Source: an uncultured Nitrososphaerales archaeon
GTDB taxonomy: Archaea > Thermoproteota > Nitrososphaeria > Nitrososphaerales > Nitrososphaeraceae
NCBI GenBank assembly: GCA_963695855.1
Contig: CAVOHZ010000008.1
Span: 128,001 to 192,000, forward strand
Direction: 5' to 3'
DNA: 64,000 bases
Part shown: piece by piece, positions 1-11,735 of the stretch
Numbering within the stretch: position 1 is the first letter of the stretch
Layout: each line of letters begins with the position of its first letter
Translations under genes and position numbers: made by a program
Notes under the pieces: model-generated
Database searches by the model: none
Told to the model about the DNA's origin: nothing
What the model saw: only the letters and a program-made list of their open reading frames with translations

Positions 1-331
1 ATACATACGCTCTATGCCAAGGCAAAAATCTTTGTGCTCCAACCTGAGGTCTTGGCATTTGTGGGTGTCCATGCATATTGTGATCCATGTTTGCATGATA
101 GGATGCAAGATTACCATATTCTCCAAGGTTTATTAAAATTTCTATTCCTTCTAAAAACAATTCTTTTTCTTCTCTTGCCATTTGAGATTGATTTTTTCTA
201 ACTAATGGTTCTGCAGTTAATCTTCTAATTTCTTCATCATCATGTGGTGTAAAAAAAAACATAGACAAATGTGAATGTCGATGCTGTGCTTCCATATTTT
301 TTGTTCTTAATGCAAAGTCAGGTATATTCAT
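1..331 (-). CDS. Tyrosinase-family (type-3 copper) protein, N-terminal part; runs off the window edge
   Basis: Manual translation from ATG 331: MNIPDF...PLVRKNQSQMAREEKELFLEGIEILINLGEYGNLASYHANMDHNMHGHPQMPRPQVGAQRFLPWHRAYV. VRKN start and FLPWHR CuA motif are typical of tyrosinases. Absent from the ORF track because there is no stop in the window. Confidence 0.85.
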   Translation of the reverse strand, partial: MNIPDFALRTKNMEAQHRHSHLSMFFFTPHDDEEIRRLTAEPLVRKNQSQMAREEKELFLEGIEILINLGEYGNLASYHANMDHNMHGHPQMPRPQVGAQRFLPWHRAYV

Positions 332-578
332 ATCTTTAATTTGCACACATATTTATTAAGATTATCGGTATTCGCATTTAATAAATTCGACAAATATTTT
401 CCTTATTAATAGATATTATATAATGATAATTGAATAAATTGAATATTTATTTTTACAGGACATATTATCACATATTATAATAACAGGATTGTAATTTTAG
501 AATACTTCTTTTAAAATCTTAATAATCGTATAATAGGATAATAATGTCTCATTACAATAAAAAAATTCTTAATATTGT

Positions 579-602
579 AATTTTTTCGGCGCCGAAAAAA
601 TT
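579..602. promoter_or_regulatory. Perfect 24-bp palindrome (operator candidate) in divergent intergenic region
   Basis: AATTTTTTCGGCGCCGAAAAAATT reads identically on both strands; lies between tyrosinase (-) and the 876 ORF (+). Confidence 0.45.
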
Positions 603-875
603 CTTAGAATTTGAAAAATATTTTAAGATGTAAGATATAACTTATATCATCATATTGTGATTTATCCATGTTTTTATATTAGTGTGATAATTTGGTATTT
701 GTATTACTTATTGTATTTGGTGGTTAAATTTAAATAAGATATATTTTAATTACATATATAAAAGAAATTTTTTATTAAATGAACATTGTTATTTTTATTT
801 AATTTTATTTGCTTTCAAATTTGATAATAAAAATTTTCACGATTTATTAAGAGCAATATATTTTTATATTATTAT

Positions 876-1799
876 TTGAAGAGTGTATTTATGACTAAAA
901 AATTTAATTATGGATACATAATAGGTATTGCAATTAGTGTATTGTTTTTACTAATAAGTACTAATGGTATAGCTGCACAAGATCAAACTAATACTACTAA
1001 TACTATCGCACGACAAAATCAAACTAATACTACTACTATAGCTGGAGGACTGAATCAATTTAATCCAGTTCCATTTAACCAGATACCATTAGTTGTAATA
1101 AATCATACAAATGGCCAATACAAATTTGGAGCCGATTTTTCTCTTGATTTTGGAGGTCTCCCAGTAATAGACCATGATATCAGTGCTACAGCTGTTCCTA
1201 ATATGCGATTAGATAAAGATGATACTAACTTAGCTCTTGAATTACAATGTGATCCTGACGACAGATGTGATGCAAGTTTAGCCCCTGATAATGTTAAAGT
1301 ATATTTAACATCTATTTCTATATCTGATAATAATATTGCAGAAAATTCTATCCCAACACTGGAACTTGGAAGTAATGATTGTGGTAATCTTTCTATAGAG
1401 GATTGTGCAAACTTTGATTTTACTATTCCTAGAAATATAGTTCTTCAAGAATATAAAATTGTAGTAGAGATGTCTTTTGATGAAGCAGAATGGATATTTA
1501 TAAATTCTGTTGAAATAGTAGATTCAACATCTATAGCAAACAACAATGTGGAAGTTAGATGTGGTGATCTTGTTATCGATCTCATAACATGGGATCTGCT
1601 AATAGGTGGAACAGATGAACCGACAAGGACAAATATTGAAGATATATTAGGTGATGAGAATGTATCACCTGCTTTAATAGATGATATAATTGATTCACAT
1701 CTTGAAAGACTATTAGTAGAGGCTAAAAATAAATGTAATAATCTTGATGAAAATGTAAAACGAGTACTTCAAGAAGTAGACTTTGAGTATCTTCCATAA
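876..1799 (+). CDS. Hypothetical secreted protein (acidic, Cys-containing)
   Basis: 307 aa ORF, N-terminal hydrophobic signal, QTNTT repeats; likely start ATG 891. Confidence 0.7.
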   Translation: MKSVFMTKKFNYGYIIGIAISVLFLLISTNGIAAQDQTNTTNTIARQNQTNTTTIAGGLNQFNPVPFNQIPLVVINHTNGQYKFGADFSLDFGGLPVIDHDISATAVPNMRLDKDDTNLALELQCDPDDRCDASLAPDNVKVYLTSISISDNNIAENSIPTLELGSNDCGNLSIEDCANFDFTIPRNIVLQEYKIVVEMSFDEAEWIFINSVEIVDSTSIANNNVEVRCGDLVIDLITWDLLIGGTDEPTRTNIEDILGDENVSPALIDDIIDSHLERLLVEAKNKCNNLDENVKRVLQEVDFEYLP

Positions 1800-1800
1800 T

Positions 1801-2131
1801 TCCTTTTTTTAATCCTCAATTTACTGACGAAAATGCTACGTGTATGATTATTGGGACCGATTCTTTTGTTATGCTTTTAGTTGAAAAATTTTTTAAAAAT
1901 TTTACCAATAAAGAGATTTGTGATGCTACACAAGATACTGAGGTAATATTGGCATTATCTGCAAAAAGCAGAGAACAAGTTGATAATATGATAACAAAGG
2001 TAATTGAAGCTGGAGGCAAAGAATATATGAAATCACAAGATTATGGCTGGATGTATCATCGTAGTTTTGAAGACATCAATGGACACATCTGGGAAATAGT
2101 TTACACGGATGAAAGTTCAATACCAAAATAG
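1801..2131 (+). pseudogene. VOC/glyoxalase family protein, 5'-truncated
   Basis: FNPQFTDENATCMII...LSAKSREQVD...GG...DYGWMYHRSFEDINGHIWE; the N-terminal ~25 aa are replaced by the preceding gene. Confidence 0.8.
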
Positions 2132-2268
2132 AAGTTACTAAGAATATTTTTAATTATTTACCTAAGTAATATTAAAATAAATAGAAAAGGTAAGTATTAG
2201 TTTCATAAGAGAATCAACCTTATCTAAAATATTGTTGTATGCAGTTGCTGTCTATAAGTTTCATAGTA

Positions 2269-2312
2269 GGACCATAATTTAGGTCACATTTGTTTCAAAT
2301 CCCACTGGCCCC
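2269..2312 (+). repeat. Recombination-site family, B-type left site (B1)
   Basis: GGACCATAATTTAGGTCACATTTGTTTCAAATCCCACTGGCCCC; similar to 21043, 31306, 35952, 44901. Confidence 0.85.
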
Positions 2313-2498
2313 ATACAGTATAAGGGGTCAGTTGAATTATTAAAGTTTTATTACAGTAGACAGAATGGTAATTGAAAGATATTATTACAATAACAGAAGT
2401 TTTACATTATAACATTTACATGAAATAGAATATTGTCAATTACAGATATAGAACAAAACAATCCAAATAAGACAAATTTCATTTGAAAAATGGATTCT

Positions 2499-2531
2499 GT
2501 AGGATTTGAACCCTTCAATAAAGTGGGACCA
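2499..2531 (-). repeat. Recombination-site family, A-type right site (A1)
   Basis: Reverse complement TGGTCCCACTTTATTGAAGGGTTCAAATCCTAC. Confidence 0.9.
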
Positions 2532-2559
2532 TCTAACGTATAATGTTGATATAAAAATT

Positions 2560-3355
2560 TAACAATAATTGTAGAAAATTACATAAGAAAAAAAACAGAA
2601 TACACATTGATAGAACATAAGACAAAGAAGAAAGCAATTAACACATATCAACCAATACAATGTGTTTTAGAAATTCACCGTCTATTACACAAATGGGGTT
2701 TCAAATCTAAAGTACCGCAAAAAAGGTTTGTAAATACTGCCTCAGCAAATGACAAAATGAAATTCAAAAAAGAGTAAAACAGATTCTAGCCAATTTAAAA
2801 TCAGACTGGTGGACTGTACTTGTACAGGATGAATCCATCTTTGTATATGATTATCTGATAAGAAGAAAGAAATGGATTTCTAAATGCAAACGTCCCAAAA
2901 TAACTGTAACAGGTTCCAGAAAAAGAACAATTGTATTTCGCTGTCTATTCTTTAGACGTAAACAACTATTCAAACAATATGATAAATTTAACAGCAAGAC
3001 GTTTGTTGATTATCTAAATAAAACAGGTACAGAAAGAAAGAAAGATTTGGTAAAATTGCAATTTTTGTTGATAGAGCAACACCACACTGTTCAAAGATAA
3101 CAAGAAAGAGAGTTTCTTGATGCGAATAAAGATACTATCAGATTAGAATATTTTCCTGTTGGATCTCCAGAATTTGATGCAGTAGAAGAATGTTGGAGAC
3201 AGGAGGGTAAGTATCATATACTTTCTACTTATTATTCTACATTTGATTTTCTAATAGATACAATTTAGTATTATTATAGGACTAGAGGATTTAATCTGGA
3301 TATTGTGAAATATCTGATGAGAATAATAGATTAGCGAGATTATGTTAGTCAGTAT
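2560..3355 (+). mobile_element. IS630-family transposase remnant (multiply frameshifted)
   Basis: Fragments read QDESIFVY, FVDRATPH, LEYFPVGSPEFDAVEECWRQ (IS630 DDE motifs); boundaries approximate. Confidence 0.7.
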
Positions 3356-3452
3356 AGTAAAGAAATTAATTCTTCTTGTAAATAATTGGAATGTTAGAAT
3401 AGTTTAAAATCCTTAGAGACCATATATTACCATTATCATGCAGGCCTAGAAA

Positions 3453-4949
3453 ATGAATGAAAATAATGGTTTCTCCAATTCCGATAATGGAACAGAATTA
3501 AAATGTTCATTGTGTAAAGAACCCCTGCGTAATGAAAAAGATTGGGAAATGACTAAAGAAGTAATAGATGGTTCTACATACTTTTTTCATACTCATAAAT
3601 GTTTTAACGTATACAAGAGATTGGAGGACTTTTATGGTAAAAATATTAAAAATTTTAATATTAAAAATTTTATTGGAAATACACAATTTGTTTTTGATAC
3701 TTTCTGGGATAAAGCCATTCCTACTTCAGATGAAATTCAAGAAATAAAAAAAAATAATAATGAATCCATTAAACCATCCCTCAAAGTAATTGAGAACCCT
3801 GAAGAAGCAATAAGAACTGCTATTAATCTTGTTCAATCTGCAGAGGATGAAGTATTACTACTTTTTTCTTCAGCAAACGGATTTTATAGGAGAATGGTAT
3901 TGGGAGATGGTTTTCTTACTTTACAAAGATTACAAGATATGACCAAAGGTAACATAAAATTAAGAATTCTAACACCTTTTGATAAAAAGATTGTTGATGC
4001 AGCTAGCAAATTAATGGCTAAAGGAGTACATATTAAGTATTTACCAGAAACACTGTATTTAACAGTCACATTTTTGATAGTGGACAGGAAATTCTCTATG
4101 ACAGCCGAACTAGCAAACGATTATACAGAAATTCCTGCTGAATCGCTAGGGCTCTCAACCTTCTCTAATAGTAAAGCAACAGTATTATACTATATTTCTA
4201 TGTTTGAGAACTTGTGGAAACAGTCAGACCTTTATGAAAAGGCGGAAAATCTCTATGAGAAATTAAAAAAAACAAACGAAATACAAATACAATTTATTAA
4301 AGAAACAGCACATGAGATTGGAAATCCAACCCAGTCTATTTTAGGCCTAGCAGAAGTTATACTTTCTAACAAAAACCTTGACGTTGGTCATATAGATGAT
4401 TTAATCAAAATAATTATAAAGAATGCAAAAAAAATTAAGTTACTTACAGATAATATATTAGAGGCTGCCCGTATTGAAAGTCACCTTTTATCTCTTGAGA
4501 TGGAAGAATTTGATCTTGTAGAGTTAGTAAAAGATTTACTAAAAGATCTGAATAACCAAATTCAAAATAAAAAGATTAGTTTAATTTTAAAATGCAAAGA
4601 AGATTCAATTTTGCTAGTTGCAGATAAATTGCGTTTAAACCAAGTTTTTTTAAACATTATCAATAATGCTGTAAATGTTTCACAAGCAGGAGAAATTATT
4701 GTATTTTTAGAAAGACAATACAAAAACACGGTATTGGTAAGAATAACAGATAAAGGGCCAGGAATTTCATCAAATATAAAGGATACACTCTTTACTAAAT
4801 TTGTAACAGGCTCAAAATCAGGATCTGGTCTAGGTCTCTACATTTGCAAAAATATTATAGAAAAACATGGTGGAAAAATATGGGCTGAGAATAATCAGAA
4901 CAAAGGAGCAAATTTTAATTTTATTATACCTATTACATCTAAGCAGTAA
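3453..4949 (+). CDS. Sensor histidine kinase (N-terminal TRASH/YHS-like CxxC...C, PLD/TrmB-like middle, HisKA + HATPase)
   Basis: H-box TAHEIGNP, N-box NIINNA, G1 DKGPGI, G2 GSGLGLYIC; CSLC...FHTHKC; FLIVDRK. Confidence 0.92.
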   Translation: MNENNGFSNSDNGTELKCSLCKEPLRNEKDWEMTKEVIDGSTYFFHTHKCFNVYKRLEDFYGKNIKNFNIKNFIGNTQFVFDTFWDKAIPTSDEIQEIKKNNNESIKPSLKVIENPEEAIRTAINLVQSAEDEVLLLFSSANGFYRRMVLGDGFLTLQRLQDMTKGNIKLRILTPFDKKIVDAASKLMAKGVHIKYLPETLYLTVTFLIVDRKFSMTAELANDYTEIPAESLGLSTFSNSKATVLYYISMFENLWKQSDLYEKAENLYEKLKKTNEIQIQFIKETAHEIGNPTQSILGLAEVILSNKNLDVGHIDDLIKIIIKNAKKIKLLTDNILEAARIESHLLSLEMEEFDLVELVKDLLKDLNNQIQNKKISLILKCKEDSILLVADKLRLNQVFLNIINNAVNVSQAGEIIVFLERQYKNTVLVRITDKGPGISSNIKDTLFTKFVTGSKSGSGLGLYICKNIIEKHGGKIWAENNQNKGANFNFIIPITSKQ

Positions 4950-6491
4950 AATATATTTCAAATGTTAAATAAGCATCTTTATTGCCTACCTGTCTGACTT
5001 ATTAGATGGATCTGGCATTAAGCGAACCGCTATTCTTTTCTTACAATCTTACCAAACATTATTTATCTATTATCGCAGATGGGTTTACGCTTACTTTGGA
5101 CCTTGCATAAATAGGCTATCCTACAAATTACGCCATCCTCCTAGTTGAAGTTGGAAGAAATCAGAAGACTACAAGTTTTCTCATGTTTTTGGAAAAATTC
5201 ATTGTCCACGTCCGGATTTGATTTTAGAAGATAAATCAATAAATATCAACAATGGCAAAAACTCGATTGTTCTAGAATTTAATAACACTGGTTTATACAA
5301 TTTAAATGTGAAAGCTGAACTATTAAAAAAGATCTTTCTAATGATGATGATAATTTATCAATTAATTTTAGTCAGGGAAATCAATTTAATCTATTAAACG
5401 GAAAAGGTGTACTTCCAATGGACATTATTGCTAATTCTAATAATAACCAAAAAAATCTTGTTATTCCCTTTATCTATCTTATAGTGTTATAGGTGAAAAT
5501 GATTTTATCGAATCTGGTCTTAATAATTCACTAACCACGAAAACATATACAATAAAATACTTTACTTGAATCTTAACCTTCTTAATGAAAGGAATCGGTT
5601 AATTAATTTTGATGAAATTCCCTCCGAATATATTGCAATATTTGTTGGAGCTGTATTCATCTACTATCTACCTATATTCTTCAACTGGATAATATACTAT
5701 AAATTTTATAAATACTTCTTACTAAACTATAAAAATGTAGGTGGAAAAAAACTAAAATCAAAAGATATTGTAAATTTATTATTTTATGTTAGAATTCAGT
5801 ATAAATTTTTCATAAGATTTTTTGCCAGTGTAATCTATCAAAACCTAATTTTACATAGACACCATTAATTAGACTAATGGCAAAAGATATTCCCAAGAAG
5901 AATACAAAACAATTTATTCATAGTATAGTTTGGTTTGCTGTTGTACTTCCTGTAATGGGAATATCAAATCCTATGTGGTTTTTGAATCCCTCATTTTCAC
6001 AAAAATTTGACAATAATAAAGAAATATTTTTAACTGCTCTGTGTAGACCAATTAGGAATATTAAAACATAAGGAACCAAATTAAACCCATCAAATTAAAT
6101 TTATTTGAAAAATTTTAATCTATCTAATCTATCTAAATTAAATGATAAATAAATTATGATAAATAAAAATGATAATTACAACCAATTTTATCATTACACG
6201 TTAGTAATAAATTTGATAATATAGCATATTCAATATATAATCTTCATTACAATTACGGGCTCTCTTAAGATAAGGATAAAGCCATAGATATTTTCTACTT
6301 ATCTATTATGTTCTGTGCTCATTTTTTCCAACTTTTTTCGATTTAATTTATGATTTCTCCTTAGCTTAACAGAACCCAAAATGTTAAAGAAGTTTAATTA
6401 CTAATAGCAAGAGCAAAAAACTCGAGTAATACAAACCTAAACAAAGAATTTTAAAAAACTTAACAGAGTCTAACTAATTGATAACAATCCT

Positions 6492-7721
6492 TTAGAAATT
6501 AAAATCGAATTTCAAAGGCTCAGTATATGCCAACTTTTCCAGGGTTTTTCTTTCACCTTGTTCTATTAATTTTTTTGTTGTTTTAGTTGAGAAATCTGCA
6601 TTCTGGAACATTGTAGGCGACTCTGATTCACTTCTTGTAATTCTTGTAACAGATTTTATTTCTGCACCATAGTTTTCAATTAGATTAGTATACTCTTCTT
6701 TTATTTTTTTTAATTCCTCTTCTTTTATTTTGGTTTTATCTGTATATTTTTCGAGTATATCATATAATTTTTCTACTAGGTTTATATGTCTAGTTATTAA
6801 CTTTGACAATTGTATATTGTACATATCTTTGTCGCAGAATAAAATCTCTTTATAACGATTAATGACTTCAACCATATTTGTGGGAAGACGATCTATCTGT
6901 TGGGGATAGTTCTCTACAATAAAAATATTTTTATCATTTCTTGGAGATACAAAAAGAACCTCTCTAATTGGTGTATTACTAAGTAGGCTTCCATCCCAAC
7001 CATATACATTGTCTTCTACCTTAACCCAAGGAAATCCATAAATTGGATAACCAGAACAAGCTAGGATATGTTTTGCCTTAATTTCTGTTAGAGTATTATC
7101 AAAAACAAGAGGTTTTCCAGTCATAACATTTACAGCAGTCATAATAAGTCGGTAAACATTTGGTTTTTCTTCTTGCGTGGCAGCTAGATTTAATTTTTTA
7201 TAATCAATATACTTTTCAAGTGTTTTTTCAAGCGGAGAATGATCATATATATAAGTCCAATTCTTTGGATCAAAATAACTACGCTCATCCGTTTTTCTTA
7301 TTAGACTAGAACTATTTCCCAATTGCCACCTAGGAACAAACATTTTTGGTACTCCAAAAATTGCAGCGTTTACAGAAGCTGACGCTATTTTTTTGACCAA
7401 ATATTCTTTATTATAAGAGTCCCACTCATACATCCATAAATCCGGAATAAGCTGTATATTACTTTCACTTACTTCAAGCCAAAAATCCTCTAAATCTTTT
7501 TCTGGTTGATCGCTTTTACTACCTGCAATGATGGCAGCATTTACAGCACCTATAGAAGTACCAGCAACTATATCTATTTTTATTTTTTGTTTTACTAGTG
7601 CCTTAAACACACCGCAGGCAAAAGATCCGAAAGAGCCACCTCCTTGCATAATAAGAACATTTTCTAAAGATCTTGTTCTTTTATGTCTTGGTGGGCTTGC
7701 TTCTTTTATTTCATAACTCAT
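6492..7721 (-). CDS. Patatin-like phospholipase
   Basis: QGGG glycine loop, GTSIG (GxSxG), DGS catalytic Asp, C-terminal ADFS...LIEQG. Confidence 0.92.
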   Translation of the reverse strand: MSYEIKEASPPRHKRTRSLENVLIMQGGGSFGSFACGVFKALVKQKIKIDIVAGTSIGAVNAAIIAGSKSDQPEKDLEDFWLEVSESNIQLIPDLWMYEWDSYNKEYLVKKIASASVNAAIFGVPKMFVPRWQLGNSSSLIRKTDERSYFDPKNWTYIYDHSPLEKTLEKYIDYKKLNLAATQEEKPNVYRLIMTAVNVMTGKPLVFDNTLTEIKAKHILACSGYPIYGFPWVKVEDNVYGWDGSLLSNTPIREVLFVSPRNDKNIFIVENYPQQIDRLPTNMVEVINRYKEILFCDKDMYNIQLSKLITRHINLVEKLYDILEKYTDKTKIKEEELKKIKEEYTNLIENYGAEIKSVTRITRSESESPTMFQNADFSTKTTKKLIEQGERKTLEKLAYTEPLKFDFNF

Positions 7722-7843
7722 TATATAATATCTTTAAATTCATTATTATTATTTTTTTCATAATTATTAAATTACATTTAAAATTATTTAATAATAAATT
7801 CCTGCTAATAACTTTATGTAAATATTGAGATCAATATCCATTA

Positions 7844-8188
7844 GTGAAATATGACTGGGGTGTAACGACGTATGATTGTATCCCAGATGCACAAGAATCA
7901 TGGGGACATGGGATAATAGAATATCGAAAATGGAAAGAAAATGAATTAGTTCTTGATGCTGGTTGCGGTTCTGGAAGATTAACCAAGATAGCATCATTTA
8001 AAGTTCCACAACGAAAACTTATTGCAGTAGATCTTGATTCAGCTATGATAAGACTTGAAAACTTAAAATCTTCTAATATTGAATTTATCAAAATGGATGT
8101 TTCTCAATTAGAACTTGGAGAAAAAGTAGATGTTATATTTTCAAATACCGTATTACATTGGATTCTAAATCATAAAAAAAGTCTTTGA
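7844..8188 (+). pseudogene. Class I SAM methyltransferase (Tam-like), truncated/frameshifted
   Basis: VLDAGCGSG, DVIFSNTVLHW; ends at an A-run shortly before an IS6 copy. Confidence 0.75.
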
Positions 8189-8334
8189 ACGCTTCTGGAA
8201 AATTCTAAAACTCCATTGGATTTTCAATCGTTATACAATTTCTTAAATTTATATTTGATTTAATAATATTATTTATCACTTTATAAATGGAGGTATTTCC
8301 TTATCATTTATTATTTTGATATATATTATTTTGA

Positions 8335-9053
8335 GGCTGTGTTAACTTAAGACTATTTCGCCTCCAATTTTGAATACAATATTGTTTCTGATTTTTGCAT
8401 TATACAGATAAACAAATAATTTGATCCAATTGTATACATGCTGTAGATCACAATTTTGTATATTATTACAAGGATAGTAATCATCAAAACATTCTGTTCT
8501 ATCCTTGAAATACTGTATTACTCTTTCTATAAAGCTCTTCTCTAAAGGTGAATGCAATCTAAGTTTCAGATTTAAAAAGTTGCATGCTTGTGGATACCAT
8601 GTACCACCACCATCTGTGTACACTGCGTGTTTTCCATATTTATCTATCAAAGAATGAATAAAATTCTCTGCTACAAACATGTTTCTCACTTCTGAAATGT
8701 AGATTCCAGGCGCAGATTTGTCAATTGGTTCAATACAGATCCCCAACCAAAAATGTTGATTACCAATCTGAATTATAGTTTCATCTATCATGAACGCTGA
8801 TACTCTTTTTCTCTTGTAAATCTGCAATGAACCAAACCGTTGAATCCAATCCCATACAGCAACATGACTTCTCTTTTGGTCCTTAAAAGGTTCCAATGCT
8901 TTGGATGTATTTCGCAGACTGAGGTCAAGAAAGTACAAATACAAAGAGTACATTACTATACATGTGGATGTTCTATTTCTGACAAATCTTAACAACATAT
9001 ATTGTCAGAATAGAACCTTCACAGCTATAACTCTTTCCTTAAGTTATCAGGAC
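8335..9053 (-). mobile_element. IS6-family element with transposase 8342-8998
   Basis: IDET, YTDGG, IER DDE motifs; ends GGCTGTGTTAA / TTATCAGGACC resemble IS6 TIRs; several homologues in the window. Confidence 0.85.
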
Positions 9054-9410
9054 CATTTAATCCTATTAGCATCATTTAGTGTATTTGTTCCTCATCACTC
9101 TCCTCCATCTCTATTAAACCCATTCCCAAACATCCAACGTAAGTCATATGAAATTGGACAGTGGATTAGTATTATTATTATAATTGTAATTCCAATCGCT
9201 GTATTAATTTCGATAATCCTAATAATAAAAAAGATCTAATATTCATGACTTATCTGTTTGTGATTCTAATATATTTAAATTAGCATCGGAAACTAATTTG
9301 TAGATGTTGAATGAAGTTACATTTAACAAATATAGAATGAATACTTTAAGAGATTACCTAACTATTATTTAATACTAAAAATAGGAAATAAATGATAGAA
9401 TTAATAAAAA

Positions 9411-9956
9411 CTAATATTCATCCTTATTATAATTAATAATACAATTTTTAGTTAATTTGTTACTAATTGAATAATAAGCCCATATTAAAATTGCTATAGA
9501 TAAGAGTCGAAGAGGTGTCTGATAATTTGATAGGAAAGTTAATGCAGTTATACCTATTCCACCCAATGTCGAAACAAGAAGTAGACCAATTGAAGAACAA
9601 CTAGCACAAACACTAGAAATTATGCTTATACTTGACCATGAAAAAATTGAAGTAAGATTTATTCTCAATTTTGAGTGTTTGAAAACATATACGTTCATAG
9701 TAATTATTATGCCTAGAAGAATAGCCGTTGTATTTGAAATAACAAAACTTACAATTGCATCATCTGGAAGATAAAATATTACTATTGGTGAAAAGAATAA
9801 CAATTGGTCAAATATATTAAAGAGAATCCAGAATACAGATGCTACTATTACCGCTACTAATACGTAAAACCATCTTGAAAAGACCATGTTGAAGGAAAGA
9901 ATGAGGGAATTCTGTCTATTAATTATTGATGATGGCTTTATCTTTTTATCTCTCAT
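9411..9956 (-). CDS. Integral membrane protein with CxxC, DsbA-associated
   Basis: 4-5 hydrophobic segments, CASC motif, 7 bp downstream of the DsbA gene. Confidence 0.75.
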   Translation of the reverse strand: MRDKKIKPSSIINRQNSLILSFNMVFSRWFYVLVAVIVASVFWILFNIFDQLLFFSPIVIFYLPDDAIVSFVISNTTAILLGIIITMNVYVFKHSKLRINLTSIFSWSSISIISSVCASCSSIGLLLVSTLGGIGITALTFLSNYQTPLRLLSIAILIWAYYSISNKLTKNCIINYNKDEY

Positions 9957-9963
9957 TTATATG

Positions 9964-10776
9964 TTAACTTCCCGCTAATTTCTTATTAATTATTACTTGA
10001 AGTGATGGGAAAGGATATGCTCCTACTAATACCTCTTTGTTGGTTCCATCACGATTTTCAATTATTAAAGTAGGTGTTCCCTGATAGCCTGATCCGAACG
10101 CAAAATTTGTATCACTTTCAATTAAAGATTTGTATTTTTGGGTGTCAAGACAAGAATTAAATTTTTGTTTATCTATTCTAGGTATTTCACTAGCAAATTT
10201 TTTCAAATTTTCAACACTAACCCAACCAGAATTTTCTTCACCTTGATTCAAGTAGAGTTTATTATAATAGTTCCAAAACTTTCCTTGATCATTTGCACAT
10301 TGAGAAGCAAGGGCAGCATTAAAGGAGTCAGAACCATGAGTCACAAAATGCTTAAACACAAAGTTTACTTTGCCTGTTTGAAAGTATTTTGTGTTAAGCA
10401 ATGGTTCAGTTTGTTTTGCAAATCTACCACAAAAATGACATTGAAAATCGCCAAATTCTACTATCGTAATAGGAGCAGACAGATTTCCATAAACTGGAGA
10501 GCCCATGCTTTTAACTGCTGATAGCGAAAGATCCCTGACTTGTGACTCGTTGATTACTTTTATATCTGAATGTGAGGAAGCAGGTGAAAAACCATTCTTC
10601 ATATTCATATTCTCTTCCATTGCATGTTCTTCTTCTTCTGTCTCGTGTCCAGTTTCAATACCGAATGCTAAAAAACTTGTCCATCTTTTTTCTAAATGAG
10701 GATAGTAGAAATAAACTAATGAAAATATCAGGATTGATGTAGTCACTATGTATAAGGTAAAAAATCTCATTATCAT
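9964..10776 (-). CDS. DsbA/thioredoxin-fold protein, membrane anchored
   Basis: APITIVEFGDFQCHFC, cis-Pro loop GTPT, GAYP. Confidence 0.92.
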   Translation of the reverse strand: MIMRFFTLYIVTTSILIFSLVYFYYPHLEKRWTSFLAFGIETGHETEEEEHAMEENMNMKNGFSPASSHSDIKVINESQVRDLSLSAVKSMGSPVYGNLSAPITIVEFGDFQCHFCGRFAKQTEPLLNTKYFQTGKVNFVFKHFVTHGSDSFNAALASQCANDQGKFWNYYNKLYLNQGEENSGWVSVENLKKFASEIPRIDKQKFNSCLDTQKYKSLIESDTNFAFGSGYQGTPTLIIENRDGTNKEVLVGAYPFPSLQVIINKKLAGS

Positions 10777-10890
10777 TAGTCATACTTAAATTTTAAAACT
10801 ATATTAATTCTTTATTAAATCAGTTATGATTGATCTTAACTTTGTTATGATTGCAGTTTTATATCTTGGTAGAATTATTATTCACATCAG

Positions 10891-11725
10891 ATGTCTAGTG
10901 AAAAAGAAAATTTTGAAAATTTTAATGATATTTATAATCCTCACCAGTCCTTGATACTTACTACTAGATTTGGTATTGCATCTGCAAAATTAGTTCATTC
11001 GGTTGAAAAGAATCTATATGTAGTTATGGCTATAATTGTCTCAATTACAGTCTTGTCAATACCTAATATTAGAGCATTTTGGATTTTTTTATTCAGAGGA
11101 TGTTGATTATCATGTTGATGTCATTCTCTCAATTATACTTGTATTAGTATTAGCACCATTGATTAGTTTGGTTATAAAATCAAGAAAAGCGATTGATAAG
11201 TGGAATGATATGTTTGAGAAAAATACTATAACTACGTCTATGAAAATCATAATGGCAAACAGAAGTAAAGAAGAAGCCTTGAAGGCAGTAGTATTATCAA
11301 TTGGACAAATAACTGAACCTTATAAGGAATACAAGGAATCAACTAAATCGGATTTAACAGAATTCCTAAATGTATCAGTTGACAAAAATACCATATTTGA
11401 TGTTGCTATGATTGCTGACAATCTTCCTTCTACAACTAGGCTTAAAAAGATCTTAGATGAATTTGGAATGATATTAATCAAAGTAATTGATGGAACTGTA
11501 GATAAAAAAACCGTCGAAAATCTTATAAAATCTTTAGGTTCATATGTATCTAATACAAGTTACAATATTGGATTAGTAATTTTAATTGGAGAAGAAATAT
11601 CAGAGGAAGCGCAACTATTTGTAAATCAAATTAACAATAATAAAAGAATCAAAATAGACCAAATCATCCTAATGAGTAAACCGTCTTTAAATCCACAAGA
11701 ACAATTTACAACTAATTTTACCTAA
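10891..11725 (+). pseudogene. Membrane protein, apparently split by a frameshift at a T-run near 11085-11090
   Basis: Overlapping ORFs 10891-11106 and 11036-11725 with consecutive TM segments. Confidence 0.5.
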
Positions 11726-11735
11726 TCTATTGGTA

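Noticed and set aside
5030-6071. ORFs 5566-5868 and 5877-6071, and similar debris at 15490-15990
   Set aside because: Look like decayed membrane-protein fragments; no family recognisable.
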